Below are positions 1-11,759 of a DNA stretch of 64,000 nucleotides, piece after piece; within the stretch, counting starts at the first letter, position 1, and every line of letters starts with the position of its first letter. Made by a program: the position numbers and the translations under genes. The DNA is taken from positions 1 to 64,000 of the forward strand of contig MCFE01000413.1 of the NCBI GenBank assembly GCA_002104905.1. The letters are read 5' to 3'. This DNA comes from Basidiobolus meristosporus CBS 931.73 (Eukaryota > Fungi > Basidiobolomycota). Below the pieces are notes generated by a model, which was not told the origin of the DNA, searched no databases, and saw only the letters and a list, made by a program, of their open reading frames with translations.

Positions 1-628
1 AGTAGTAATAAATCCTCAAAGCCCTTATTACTGATATTAGTGGAAATGCGCCACTTCTCTAGCCACAACATTATATCATTCACCAGTAGATGGATTACTG
101 GGCCCACTTGGCTCCATAACATATCCTTGGCATTTGTTTCAACTGGTGTTGTCTCATTGCATAAAAGGATTTGACTGGGCTCATACATGATACTGTTGTT
201 AGGGGAGATAGGCTCAAAATCCATCATTGAACCTTCTTTGTCAGAGCTATCACTCTGTGTGCCATATTCAGAAGGCTGAGGTGAGCCTAAAGGCGTCACA
301 AACTCACCTGACTCAGTTTGCACAAGGTGATAAAGATGGCCAGGTGTCAATATAGAAGTATCAACTGGCTGGCAAGATAATGTTGGTACAGTAGCAACCA
401 ATGAATGGTCAAATATGACTTGGATGGCAAAACACTGGCCATGATCCATGTAATACTTACTATGCTGTCTGTGTGCTTCATGGCTGAGAGGCTTGCCACA
501 ATAGCCACATGGTCTTTTTTCTCTTCTCTTACGGTGTTGAGTCAAAGTAGTCTTGTCCATGGGGCAAACAGTTTGACCTTCAACAACTTGATGCTATTAT
601 ATCACTTTTTGGTCAATACTCATGTGAA
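1..628 (-). mobile_element. tnp2/CACTA(EnSpm)-type transposase element remnant, 5' part (copy 1)
   Basis: Reverse complement aligns by eye with 11790-12430 and 48520-49130, e.g. the PCGYCxKPLSH-encoding block and the QIPLCNETTP block. Confidence 0.6.
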
Positions 629-629
629 T

Positions 630-1145
630 AAGGGCAAAATACGGCCAACACTTCTCAAGTGTGAATGTGTGTGGGGTGTTCACTGGGTGCAATAACCTCT
701 GGCAAAAGCTTGCTAGGAATACTGGGTCTTTTGTCTAATCTAATGTGAAGGGGGATAAAGCCTCAAGCTTGTCAAGGGAAAACTATTGAACTACAATCCC
801 CAACTTAGTTGGCATCTTAACAAAAGTTTATAATGGCTTTGACATCCTTTGAGATGACAATGTACTAAAGCTTCCAAAGTCAAAACAACTGTAAACTCCA
901 CCAACAGGGACTTGATAAGAATGCAGCTTTGACCAATAGTTACAAAGACTTAAAAGTATCTTTGCCTGTACAAGAACAAACTTGGGAAAACAAACAAATA
1001 TAATAAAATATATCTACTCTGAGTATTCCTCACAAGTAGTGCCTCCACGGTCAGTTGGCTGTCAGCGCGGTTTCCTGGGAGTATTGTCAGGTCTGAGTCA
1101 GAAAATAGTGGTCATAGGTAGCGGTGATCTCACTAATCAATAAGT
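630..1145 (-). repeat. Unclassified interspersed repeat (family Y), copy 1
   Basis: Reverse complement matches 35685-36210, e.g. atactcccaggaaacc..gctgacagccaactgacc and gactttggaagctttagtacat. Confidence 0.65.
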
Positions 1146-1659
1146 TGGAATATTGAAAGAGGGATGATTTATTTTAAGGGATAGCCTCCCTTATATATTT
1201 TTTTGCTGCTCAATTTCTTGCTAGAAAATACTTTCCAGAAGTTTCAAGAAGGTAGTAAACAGCCAATCACGTCATTGTGTACTCAAAATAGCGCAAATTC
1301 TTGGCAGATTGTTCCATGAGACATAGTAGCACCTAGCCAATCAGGTAGTGTTAATATGAAACTCCTGTGTCATGTGGTTGCCCCTTATGGTAGTAGGATA
1401 GGGGGGTTATGAAACCAAGATGGTCACATGACATGGGCACTGTTGGGGGTACTTGCCTTATATGGTAACTATCTTATCTTGGTATCTTGGCAAGGAATAG
1501 GAATAGCTTGTGCAATGGGATAATAGTGACAAATAGTTTGTCAGGTTGCATGTAATAATCACATAGACAGAATAGAAAATATTGCAATATGGGATGATAC
1601 TAATATAGGGGGGGTAATCCTTTTTAGGGAAGTGGATGTATGAGAATGAGCACATCTGC

Positions 1660-2190
1660 CTGTGGGTGTCACTGTGACCCCACTACACTGTTGGGTTCCC
1701 ACCAAAGTTGTGGAACCAGAGCATTAGAGCAGAAATACTTATTGAGTGGTGGATTTTAATGGAGTTACTTGTTGAGTGTGGGGTTGGGCTTAATGTTAGT
1801 GTAGGGCATAGAGACTTGCATAGGTCAATACAATTGGCAATTGAGGTACAACTGAAGTTTCAACGGAAATAAATCAATTTGTATGCATGAAAAGTAAGAG
1901 AAACAGTTGAATCAAGAAGTAAGGAGTGTGAAAAGAGGCAATAGCCAATCAATTCACACAAACATAGGAGGCAATAGAGTGTCTGGGATCAGAAAGTGAG
2001 CAAACTGGCAGGGAACCAATCAAAAGCCACTTATACATTGTTGTGTTGAAAAATTTTGACAAAGTTTTTTGTGAAATCTGGGGTGCAATTATTTTTCAAC
2101 GGTCTCTAGATGGTGTCCTGACAAGATCAGTACCTCTCAGTCACCGGACATTAACTTTGTGACAACCTTTTGATGGGATCTTCTCTATAA
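1660..2190 (+). repeat. Unclassified ORF-bearing repeat (family X), 3' fragment
   Basis: Matches 37700-38020 (+) and 13240-13750 (-); decayed frame SIQLAIEVQLKFQRK..INLYA..KVRETVESRSK. Confidence 0.7.
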
Positions 2191-2194
2191 TTTT

Positions 2195-4258
2195 TCATAG
2201 GGTTTTGTATTGTTCAAGTGTACCATCAGCCTTATACTTTGTCTTAAAGACCCATCTGCATCCAACTGATTTTTGGTTGATAGGTATTTTGACTAAGTCC
2301 TAAGTTTGACCTTCCATCAGAGCCTGATATTCCTCAATCATTGTAGATCTCCAAAACCTTGTCTGAGGGCTTTTTAGGGCCTCTTTTACAGTCTGGAGCT
2401 CATCAATATGGTCTGAATAGGCTTAGGCTAAGTTTGTACCTTCATTTATATAGTAATGTGGGCTATTTCTTGTCCAGTTGGATCTCCAGGAAGTTGATAC
2501 AGGAATGATCACTTCTGGGATATACCTGGGAGCTGAATCAGGCTGAACCATGTTTGTAGAGTCCTCCAGAGTGAAAAAGCTTTCATAGTTTTGCTCTGAT
2601 TCAATCTTCAATATTGGTGGACTTGAGATCAAGTTTTTGTCGTCATCTGATGTCAGTTCTTGTAAGAATTTTGAATTTTCATCAAATATCACATCCCTGA
2701 GCTTGATAAGCTTCTTTGCTTTGGTATTGTAGAGTCTGTATGCTTTACTCTCATTGCAGTAGCCCAAAAATATATTTTTTTTGCTTTTTGGCTCAAATCT
2801 TAACTGATTTCTTGGCAGTTTTTGGCATATGCTGTGTACCCAAATATTCTTGGATGTTCTGCACTTGGTCTGTACCCATACCATGCTTAAAATGGAGTAG
2901 AATCATAACGTATCTTGCTATAACTCCTATTTTTAAGGTATACAACTGTGGCAACTGATTCCAGTCAAAAATAATTTGATCATTTTTGATCATGGATTGT
3001 GGATCCTGACGTAACAATTTTTGATCTGTTAACATGTTCTGCTACTCCATTTTGCTGTGGGGAGTATGGTACAGCAGTCTCTTGCTTTATCCCATGAATT
3101 TTGCAGAAGTGGATGGAGAGTTTTGAGGTGTATTCTCCACCATTGTCAGAGCCTATTTTCTTGATTTTTTCACCAGTTTCTCTCTCCACCATGACTTTAA
3201 GCTCACTGAGTTTAGACAGAGCTTCTTCCTTTGTATCCATGAAGTAGACCCATGTGTATTTTGTATAATCATCAATAAAAGTGACCAAGTACTTCATCCC
3301 ACCTAAGGATGAATTTTGCACAGGTCCACACAGATCTGAGTGAATTAGATCTAATTTTTTCTTAGTTTTGATTAGCCCAGAGCTCTTGAACAGTTGCCTG
3401 GCTTGATTCACTAACATGTAGGCTTCACAGAGCTCCAAATTAGCTGGGAGACCAATTTTTACTCCGGAAATTAGCTGATCTCTGATCATTTTGCACAAAT
3501 AATCAAAATTGATGTGCCCAAATCTCCTGTGCCAAAGCACTGTTGTTTCTTCTTTCAAGTTACTTATATTGGCTTCCAGATATGATGGAATATAAGTTAA
3601 CTTATGCAGATTGTGATCTCTGATACCCAAAGTAATATGAGCACCATTGTGATTAGTGAACCTGCATCCAGAATGCCAAAGCTGAAGCCTAGTCCTTCTG
3701 CTGTGGCCTTGCTTACAGATAGTAGGTTTCTGGCTATTTCTGATACATAAAGTGCTTCTTTAAAGGTCTGTGTACGGCTTCCATCACTGCTTCTAAGGTT
3801 TACTTGGATAGTTCCTTCTCCCACTGCATCAAGTGTTCTATTGACACCTGTGAAAAACTTCTTCACTGGAGTTTCTTGGTATTCATTAAAAGTTCTTTTT
3901 GGTATGTAAAGTGTTGGGATGCTCCAGAATCAATGTACCACAACTGGGAATCCTTGTTTGTGGCCATATTTAGTGCAGATATGAATAGTCTATCTTTGGT
4001 TGTTGCAGCTTTTCCATATGCAGGCTTCTTTTGCTGATTATCTCTGTTTTTGAGACACTGGTCTGGTGTATGTCCTTTCCTCATGCAGTAGTTGCAAAAC
4101 AGGTTGCTGTTGCCTTTGTAAGGTCTTGGGTACCTTCTTTGTTGATTATCATTGCTTATTAAGGCATTTTCTTCTTCCTTCTTATTGGCACTTGATTTCC
4201 TTATTTCCAGGCAACAGTTTAATACATTTAGACAACTTCACTGTATGTCCATTTTAGG
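2195..4258 (-). mobile_element. Ty1/copia family 2 internal region (gag zinc knuckle, protease, integrase, start of RT), degenerate
   Basis: ORFs with WYIDSGASQH (protease), LWHRRFGH and LDLIHSDLCGP...YLVTFIDDYTKY...SDNGGEY...PQQNGVAE (GAG-pre-integrase/rve), GIFLGYCNESKAYRL. Confidence 0.9.
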
Positions 4259-4295
4259 CTCAGGGACAATTAATTTCCTCATATGGACTCTGTAT

Positions 4296-4638
4296 TGTTG
4301 TAAAAGCTTGTAATTCCACCTAAATATTTACCTAACTTAGTCACTTAGATCATTACCATCAAATCCTGGAGAATACTGACCAAATTCCTTGTTGGGATTT
4401 ACTTAGAATATTTTCACCAAAATACCAGGTACCCAGAACATTCTCAAAGCTGTTCAAACAGCCCAAAGCTTTGCACACATGTTCTTGGGACCTTCCTTAA
4501 CCTATTCAATGTGTTTGTTATGTCAAGACCATGTAAAAGTATAAATGCTACTTTTACATTCAATAAATCATTAAGTGAAAAACACATAATCTACTTGTTC
4601 TCCTAATCACTTCAAATATCTCCAAGACTCTTGCAGCA
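4296..4638 (+). mobile_element. Solo LTR, copia family 2
   Basis: TGTTG...GCAGCA ends; similar to 52082-52427 and 56018-56366; flanks tgtat/tatat (TSD with one mismatch). Confidence 0.75.
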
Positions 4639-5521
4639 TATATGAGGTAAAAGAAATGCCCTATATTGGGCTAAGTTAAGGACTTGCCATTTATGCCTGA
4701 TCCAGATTACCCTCATTTCCTGGCATTATAGCACATATAACATTGCCAAAAAAATATTTTTGATCTACTCTGAGCTGAGATGGTCTGCTACCACTTGACC
4801 ACATCTGTTTAGTGATTCAAATCCACAAAAATGGTCTAGCATGGTGTTCTTTGTCTTCTTTAAGTAGGAGTAACTATTTTTTGGACTGATTACTTCATTG
4901 ATGGTGGATTCAGAGTCCATTTGCTTCTTGATTTACCCAGTTTGGTATCTGAGAGTACCATAGGCTGTTTGGTAGCTGTTTTTAGATTGCTTCTACTGAT
5001 CTGGATTGATGCAGCTGCTTTTGTCTTATCAGAATATACTTGTAGAGTAGCAATTGTGCTTTTCTGGTTGTGAAACTCTCCTTAATAAGGGCTTTGATTA
5101 TCCTTATTCTCCTGATAGTTATTTTCGACCTTGAACATGGTTTGCAAGTTTAGCTGAAGTTATCATTGTCTCAAAGTCCATAAAAGCCATCTGATTGCTC
5201 CTTGACCTTTTTCTTTCAGCTCCATAGACAGCAGACATCAGGACTCTGCATTAGATAATCTGCTCCAATATATACTACAATAACTGACAGATCTTGTTGA
5301 GGTTTCAAGGATCTTCTGGGGTTTCTGGCATGAGAACTTTGTACAAATGGCTCCATGGAACATATCTGCATTGCCAGATAGTCCAAATATAGCATACATA
5401 GGTTTTGGCTCCATTTTGGAAGCACACCAAGTTGCGGTAGTAGTATTTTCCCTTTTTCTTCTTTTTCTTTTTTTGCCTTAGAGTTCAAAACTGAATATTT
5501 GACCTTAAATTACATATATGG

Positions 5522-5871
5522 TGTAGTAATTATTAAGTTATCACCTAAATATTCCTGCTAACTCAGTCACATAGATCTTGTTCTTTGATTAGCATTCTGT
5601 GCTGACCAAATTTCTTGTTGCAATTTACTTCAAATATTTTCACCAAAATACCAGGTACCCAGAACATGGGAATTCTCAAAGTTGTCCAAAAGCCCCCAAA
5701 CTTTGTACACATACTCTTGAGACCTTTCTTAGCAAGCTCTACATGTTTGCTTGCTCTACTTTATCTATAAATATATATACCATACATTTGATCTATAAGC
5801 CTACAAGTGAATAACATGAAAATTCTCTAGTTCTCCACATGACTTCCAATACTCCTCAGAATATTGCAGCA
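5522..5871 (+). mobile_element. Solo LTR, copia family 2 (older)
   Basis: Similar to the 4296-4638 LTR; flanks tatgg/tatag. Confidence 0.65.
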
Positions 5872-5874
5872 TAT

Positions 5875-7800
5875 AGATGGCACCTGGATGAAGAATTAAG
5901 AAAATCAAGCACCAACCCAAAGGTATTGTAAGAGTCTTGAAGATATTGGAAGTGATTGGGAGGACAAGTAAATTATGTGGTTTTCACTTAATGATTTATT
6001 GAATGTAAAAGTAGTATTTGTACTTTTACATGGTCTTGGCATAAAAAACACAGATAATAGGCTAAGGAAGGTCCCAAGAACATAGGCTCAAAGTTTAGGG
6101 CTGTTTGGACAACTTTGAGAATTCCCATGTTCTGGGTACCTGCTATTTTGGTAAGAAAATTTTAAGTAAATCCTGACAAGGAATCTGGCCAGTATTCTCT
6201 AGGATTTGAAGGTAATGATCTAAGTGACTAAGTTAGGTGAATATTCAGGTGGAGTTTCTGATTTTTACAACAAAAGGAAGTGGAGAATGCTTCAGTAGGC
6301 AATGATAACCAACAGAGGAGATATCCAACACCATTTAAAGGCAATGGCAACCTGTTTTGCAACCACTGCAAAGGACAGAACACACATTGGACTGGTGCCT
6401 CTAAAAGAGAGATAGCCAGCAGAAAAAGCAGAAATATGGGAATGCTGCACTAACTGAAGATAGACTATTAATATCTGCACTCAATATTACCACAAACAAG
6501 GATTCTCAGATATGGCATATTTTATCTAGAGCATCTCAATATCTTACATTCCAAAAAGAACCTTTTACCTAATATCAAGATATTCATATTGAAAAGGCTT
6601 TCATAAGTGACAATAAAACACTTGATGCAGTGGGAAAAGGAACTATCCAGGTAAACCTTAGAAGCAGTGAAGGGAGCAACTCACTTGCCTTTAGAGAAGT
6701 ACTCTATGTAGCAGAAACAGCCACAAACCTACTATAAGTAAGCAAGACCACTAAAGAAGAACTCAGATTCAGCTTCAACAGTTCTGGATGTAGGATCACT
6801 GATCAAAATGGTGCTCATATTGCTTGGGGTATCAGAGATCAGAATCTGTGTAAGTTGACCTATATTCCATCACATCTGGAAGCCAATATAAGTAACTTAA
6901 CAGGAGAAACACCAATGCTTTGGCCCTGGAGATTTGGGCATATTAATTTTGATTATTTGAAAAATGATCAAAGATCAGCTAATTTCTGGGGTAAAATTGA
7001 TCTCCCAGCTAATTTGGAGCACTCTAAGCCTGCATATATGGGAATCAAGCCCTGCAACTGTTCAAGAGCTCTGGGTTAATCAAAATTAAGAAAAAATTTG
7101 ATCTAATTCACTCCAATCTGTGCGGACTTATGCAAAATTCATCCTTAGGCTGAATGAAGTATTTAATCATCTTTATCAATGATTATAAAAGATACATGTA
7201 GGCATACTTGATGGAGAAAAGGAAGAAGCTCTGTCTAAGCTGAGGGAACTTGAAGCCATAGTAGAGAGAGAAACTGGTTAAAAAATCAAGAAATATGCTC
7301 TTACAATGGTGAATAATATAACTCAAACTCTTCATCCACTTCTGCAAATTCATGGGGTAAAGCAAGAGACTATTGTACCATACTCCATACTGAAAAATGG
7401 AGTAGCAGAACATGTAAACAAATCAATAATTCATATGGCAAGATTTATGATTCATGATCAAAAATTATCCTTTGATTTTTGGGCAAAATAAGATGCCAAA
7501 GCTTTATATCATAAAAATAGAAGTTATGGCAGAATACTTTGCGATTCTACTCCATTTGAAGCATGGTATGTATACAGACCAAGTGCACAACAACCAAGAA
7601 TATTTAGGTGTGCAGCATATGCCAAGAAACTACACAGTAATCAGGCAAAATTTGAGCCAAAGAGTGCAAAATATATATTTTTGTGCTACTGCAATGAGAG
7701 TAAAGTATATAGACTCTACACTATCCAAGCAAATATGCTGATCAAGTCCAGGGATATGTTTTTTGATGAAAATTCAAAATTCTCACTGAAAATTGCATCA
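5875..7800 (+). mobile_element. Ty1/copia family 2 internal region, degenerate, gag interrupted by a solo LTR
   Basis: Fragments LWPWRFGHINFDYL, KNGVAEHVNKSIIHMARFMIHDQKL and a protease-like YLEHLNILHS region; homologous to 2195-4258 on the opposite strand. Confidence 0.85.
5924..6272 (-). mobile_element. Solo LTR, copia family 2, with perfect 5-bp TSD AAAGG
   Basis: aaagg|tattgtaagagtcttg ... tttttacaaca|aaagg; reverse orientation relative to the 4296 LTR. Confidence 0.85.
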
Positions 7801-7851
7801 GATGCGTGGTAAGGGCCTTGTATCAGGCCTAGAGTCCAGAACCAAAGATTC

Positions 7852-8340
7852 TGTTGTAAGAGTCTTGGAGATATTAGAAGTGATTTGGGAGGACAGGTAG
7901 ATAATGTGGTTTTCACTTAATGATCTATTGAATGTAGAAGTAGTATTTATAATTTTGCATGGTCTTGGCATAACAAACATGTTGAGTAGGTTAAGGAAGG
8001 TCCCAAAAACATGCGTGCAAGGTTTGGGGCTATTTGCATAACTTTGATAATTCCCATGTTCTGGGCACCTGCATTTTGGTGAAATTATTCTAAGTAAATC
8101 CCAACAAGGAATTTGGTCAGTATTCTCTAGTAATTGAAGGTAATGATCTAAGTGACTAAGTTAGGTAAATATTTAGGTGAAATTACAATTTTTTACAACA
8201 CTCACACTCAGCTAAATGTTCATACTGACTAGTCCTAATTTTGACCTAAGATATTTGAACTTGTCTCTAGCTGATGGTGAGGTAAATATATGTGCAATCA
8301 TTTGCTCTGAAGGACATTAAACTAAGCTAACTAAGTTATT
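7852..8340 (-). mobile_element. 3' LTR (7852-8200) plus 3' end of pol of a minus-strand copia family 2 element, truncated by the Harbinger element
   Basis: tgttgtaagagtcttggag...ttttacaaca followed by a PPT-side sequence ctcacactca; the adjacent internal sequence resembles 55900-56017 reversed. Confidence 0.75.
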
Positions 8341-9069
8341 AGACTTGTTCCATTGTACCGTGCCAGGGTGTGCGGCGCAATCTGCAGTTGTAAAGAACAA
8401 TTGGGCATGATATTATAGCTACCAGAAGGCAGGATTGCTCTTGGACAATTTTGCACTATGTGGGACAATCTTGCACACTATGGCACAATCTGACATGATG
8501 AGGTTGGCACGGATGATTGCGCCAACTTGTAATGTTTGCATCACATGCGCAATCCAATACCACTATAATGGCAGGTAAAATCCGGTATTTGGATATGTTT
8601 CTTTAATGTAAATGGAAATAAATGTGTATCACACTATAAACTACACTGATACTTACCATTTTGGTTACCCTCACTCCAATTGGATGGTATCTCAGTGGTT
8701 AATTGGTCCAAAAGTATCCTGAAGCTGGCAGCCCCCAACTGGCTCATTGACTACTGAAAAAGCTACCTGATTTGCCATCAAATATCCCATTTTGCCCATT
8801 GAGCAAGTAAATCCCTGATCCTAGTGATTGGACAAGGTGTCATAGCTAGCATGCAAGCAATTGTGTAGGTGCAAAACAGATCCAATAGCTGCACTGGTAT
8901 CACAGATGACGTATATATATGCAGGGTGTTTATTTATAGGGGTTCTGTCTCAAATGTGAGATGACCTTGATATTACTTATATCAAAAATTTGATGATCAC
9001 TGATTTGCAATGGCTCAATTTGGATCGCAAAAAAAAAGGGTTGTTGGGATCATTACAAATGTGAGCAAT

Positions 9070-10332
9070 TCAAAGTGATTGCATCATCTTCTCCTGGGTT
9101 TTTTTTCTCACAGGGATTACTACTGAAGCATTTGGTAGTGACTCACTTTGCACACCTATACTACTTCCTGGCTGACTATCATCTTGGCTACTTGTGTATT
9201 TGTAGTCAGTATTTTGCCTCCTAGTTGATGAGTGCAATGCTGCAGCTTGGCCACGCTGAATTGTTCCAACCAAACCAACTGAACCCGCCTGTAGTGCCAC
9301 GTGCTGACGCATTCTTTTACTTGCCAAGGGCTCCGGTGGTTGAGGCACTTCATGTTGGTCATCATCAGTCAGTTCACCAGAAGTAACTTGCTGATGGTCA
9401 GGCAAAACGGCACGCGCAGGCGCGCCTTGACGTGTTGAGATGGCCCTTGGCTGAGTTTGATGTGATGCCACATGTTGACACGACTTGGTCCGCTCCAATG
9501 GACATGTGTCTAAATGAGCAGTTTGGCAAGTTCTCGTAGTTTTGCTCTGAAGCGCAAGCGTTGACGCAACACGCCTTGACTCAACGCAGGGTGTTCTGGT
9601 AAAGGGTGTTGGCGTGGTCTGGACTGACGTGCGCCGGCGTGCTGTGGTTGCAAGTGATGGTAGGGAATCCACCAAGGTGTGCTGGCGCAATCTGGACAAT
9701 GTTGCTTGCAGTCTGTATTCTTCCTCCTGAAGCTCACCATCTGATCCCTCAAGGTATTCACTTACCCTCTGTCTGATACTATGGAGCTGTTGCCTGGATG
9801 AGACCTGTGTATATTGCTCTTGGAAGCCACTTAGCTCTACTAATATATCATGTAGTACATTAGTCATTTGAGGCAAAAACTCATTCAAAATCTCTTTGGT
9901 TCCCAAAGTTGAGGCACAAACGGATGCGTCCAACCCGTACTGTGCAAATTGCGTGCAAAATTGTTCCTGCGTGGCTTCTTTGTCAAATCCCCTCACTCTC
10001 AGCTCATTCTTGATTTCAATACTTGTCTTGTTATATATCTTTTTACATACATTGGCTGGCATCTTGATGTAGAACTCATGCCACAGCTTTCTACTCAAAT
10101 TATTCCATCTTTGTCAACTCTCCAAGGTATCTAGTTCTGCTAGATTAATCAGTAGTGCCCAAATATCTGTATGAAGGCTCATCATAGACACTTGGGCCAT
10201 ACTAAAATCATTTGGCAAGAACTTGAACGGATCTGACATCAACTTCTCCAGTCCGGACCTTGCCTGTGAGCCGGGGGATGGGTTTTGTCTGGGTTGTACT
10301 AAAGGTGAGTTGAGACTTGGTATGGGGACCAT
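9070..10332 (-). pseudogene. Harbinger accessory Myb/SANT(trihelix)-like DNA-binding ORF; 342-aa frame open at 9070-10098, N-terminus cut off by one stop
   Basis: IWALLINLAELDTLES*QRWNNLSRKLWHEFYIKMPANVCKKIYNK resembles a SANT/trihelix W..L...L....R...C...Y/W pattern; long low-complexity tail; homologs at 43923-45170 and 39646-40700. Confidence 0.6.
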
Positions 10333-10691
10333 AGCAACGGATTTGGATACTTATACAGCAGTATATTGGCATCAACCTGGTCTTATATGAAATATATATG
10401 AAAACTAATGTGATTGTTGAATTTTCCATATATTATGCATGATGCATCTCAGATTGCATTGACATGGATCAGATCACATCAATTGCAGATTTCCTATTTG
10501 ATTATAGACCTATGATTAAAGCATCAATAAAAGTACCAAGGCATTGTTTGCAGATGACTTTTGCAACATAATGATGGGATACATGGCAATTGATGGAGAT
10601 TTAACCATAATGTATTAAAAATCAGATAAATAACACAGATTGCGCCAAATCAATTCAAACAGCCTCCATAAAATCATCCATCAATTTTAAT

Positions 10692-11575
10692 ATGACTTAC
10701 TCATCTGAATGGTCTTTTCTCATCAATCCCATCACTACCACTGGATTTCCTTTTGACACACTGGAGGAGATCTATTCCAAGTACTGTGGACCATCAACCC
10801 CAATCTACTCAAGGAGATCCCTTGTTAAGCTTCTCTGCTATTACAAGGACTATTGCCCTACAAGGTTTCATCCCACCATCCATGGCAACAAAAGTCCTAG
10901 AAGCTTTCACTCCCAGCTGACAGCAATGGAGAACTACCTTGCAGAGGGTATGAATGACTTAGAGCAAGCTTGAATACTAGGTTCAGAAGCTCCAAAAGAC
11001 TTCCATATCCCAGAGTGTTCAGCAACAGGTTCCATACCAGGAGTATTATGGATACCTTCCCAGTGAGGATTAACAGACCTTCTAGAGGGCAGAGGCACTT
11101 TTATTCTGGCAAGTACAAGGCACACTGCGTGAAGTTTCAAGCACTGTCTGATGTTGAGGGTAACATCATCTGGTTTAGTGGGCCATTTGCTGGAAGTAGG
11201 CATGACAAAGCACTCTGGGTAGGGAATCATCATGAATTCAGTAGAGGGGAGAGATGTATGGCAGACATAGCCTATATTGGAGAGGATTGTCAGAGATTAG
11301 GATGTATTACAGCTTATAGGAAGCCAAGAAATGGTATGCTCAGCAGGAAGCAGAAGCTCTACGATGAGATATTTAATCATTTCAGAGTGAGGGTAGAGCA
11401 CACATTTGGATATCTGAAGAGATTCAGCATATTGGCAGGTAGATGCAGTGGAAAGTCATATTTAGGAGAAAACAGCAGAATAGGTAAAGTAGTTAAGATA
11501 CTTATTGATGCACAGTATGCTCATACAAGAAGACATCCACTGAGAGAAATGTGTCTGGAGCATTATAAAGAGTAA
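10692..11575 (+). pseudogene. Harbinger/IS5-like DDE transposase (DDE_Tnp_4 type), one in-frame stop near 10971
   Basis: MDTFPV..RP...FYSGKYKAHCVKFQALSD..G.I...SGPFAGSRHD, MADIAYIG, FNHFRVRVEHTFGYLKRFSIL. Confidence 0.9.
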
Positions 11576-11759
11576 ATAAAGCAAGGAAAGCACTACTCTG
11601 AGCAACATAAGCAAGATTGAGTAAAATTAACAGTAACTGTGTTGTACCACTGGCATCATGGTAGAAATTATAGTGCCAGATAGTCCTGTAGGGTGCCAGA
11701 TTGATCCAGCACTATAAACAGGCTGGCACTATTTGACACTATCCAACAGAACAAGTCTA

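Larger units (their letters stand above)
8341..11758. mobile_element. PIF/Harbinger-superfamily (PHIS) DNA transposon, copy 1, two divergent ORFs
   Basis: TIR AGACTTGTTC...GAACAAGTCT; DDE transposase on + and a Myb/SANT-like ORF on -; colinear with 42499-45912 in inverted orientation. Confidence 0.85.

Noticed and set aside
1146-1660. Possible LTR or promoter-like segment (CCAAT-like agccaatca twice)
   Set aside because: No second copy or termini found in the window.
4640-5520. Possible gypsy gag or zinc-knuckle remnant on the minus strand
   Set aside because: Only vague hints (PMVL..., CYMC); too decayed to assign.
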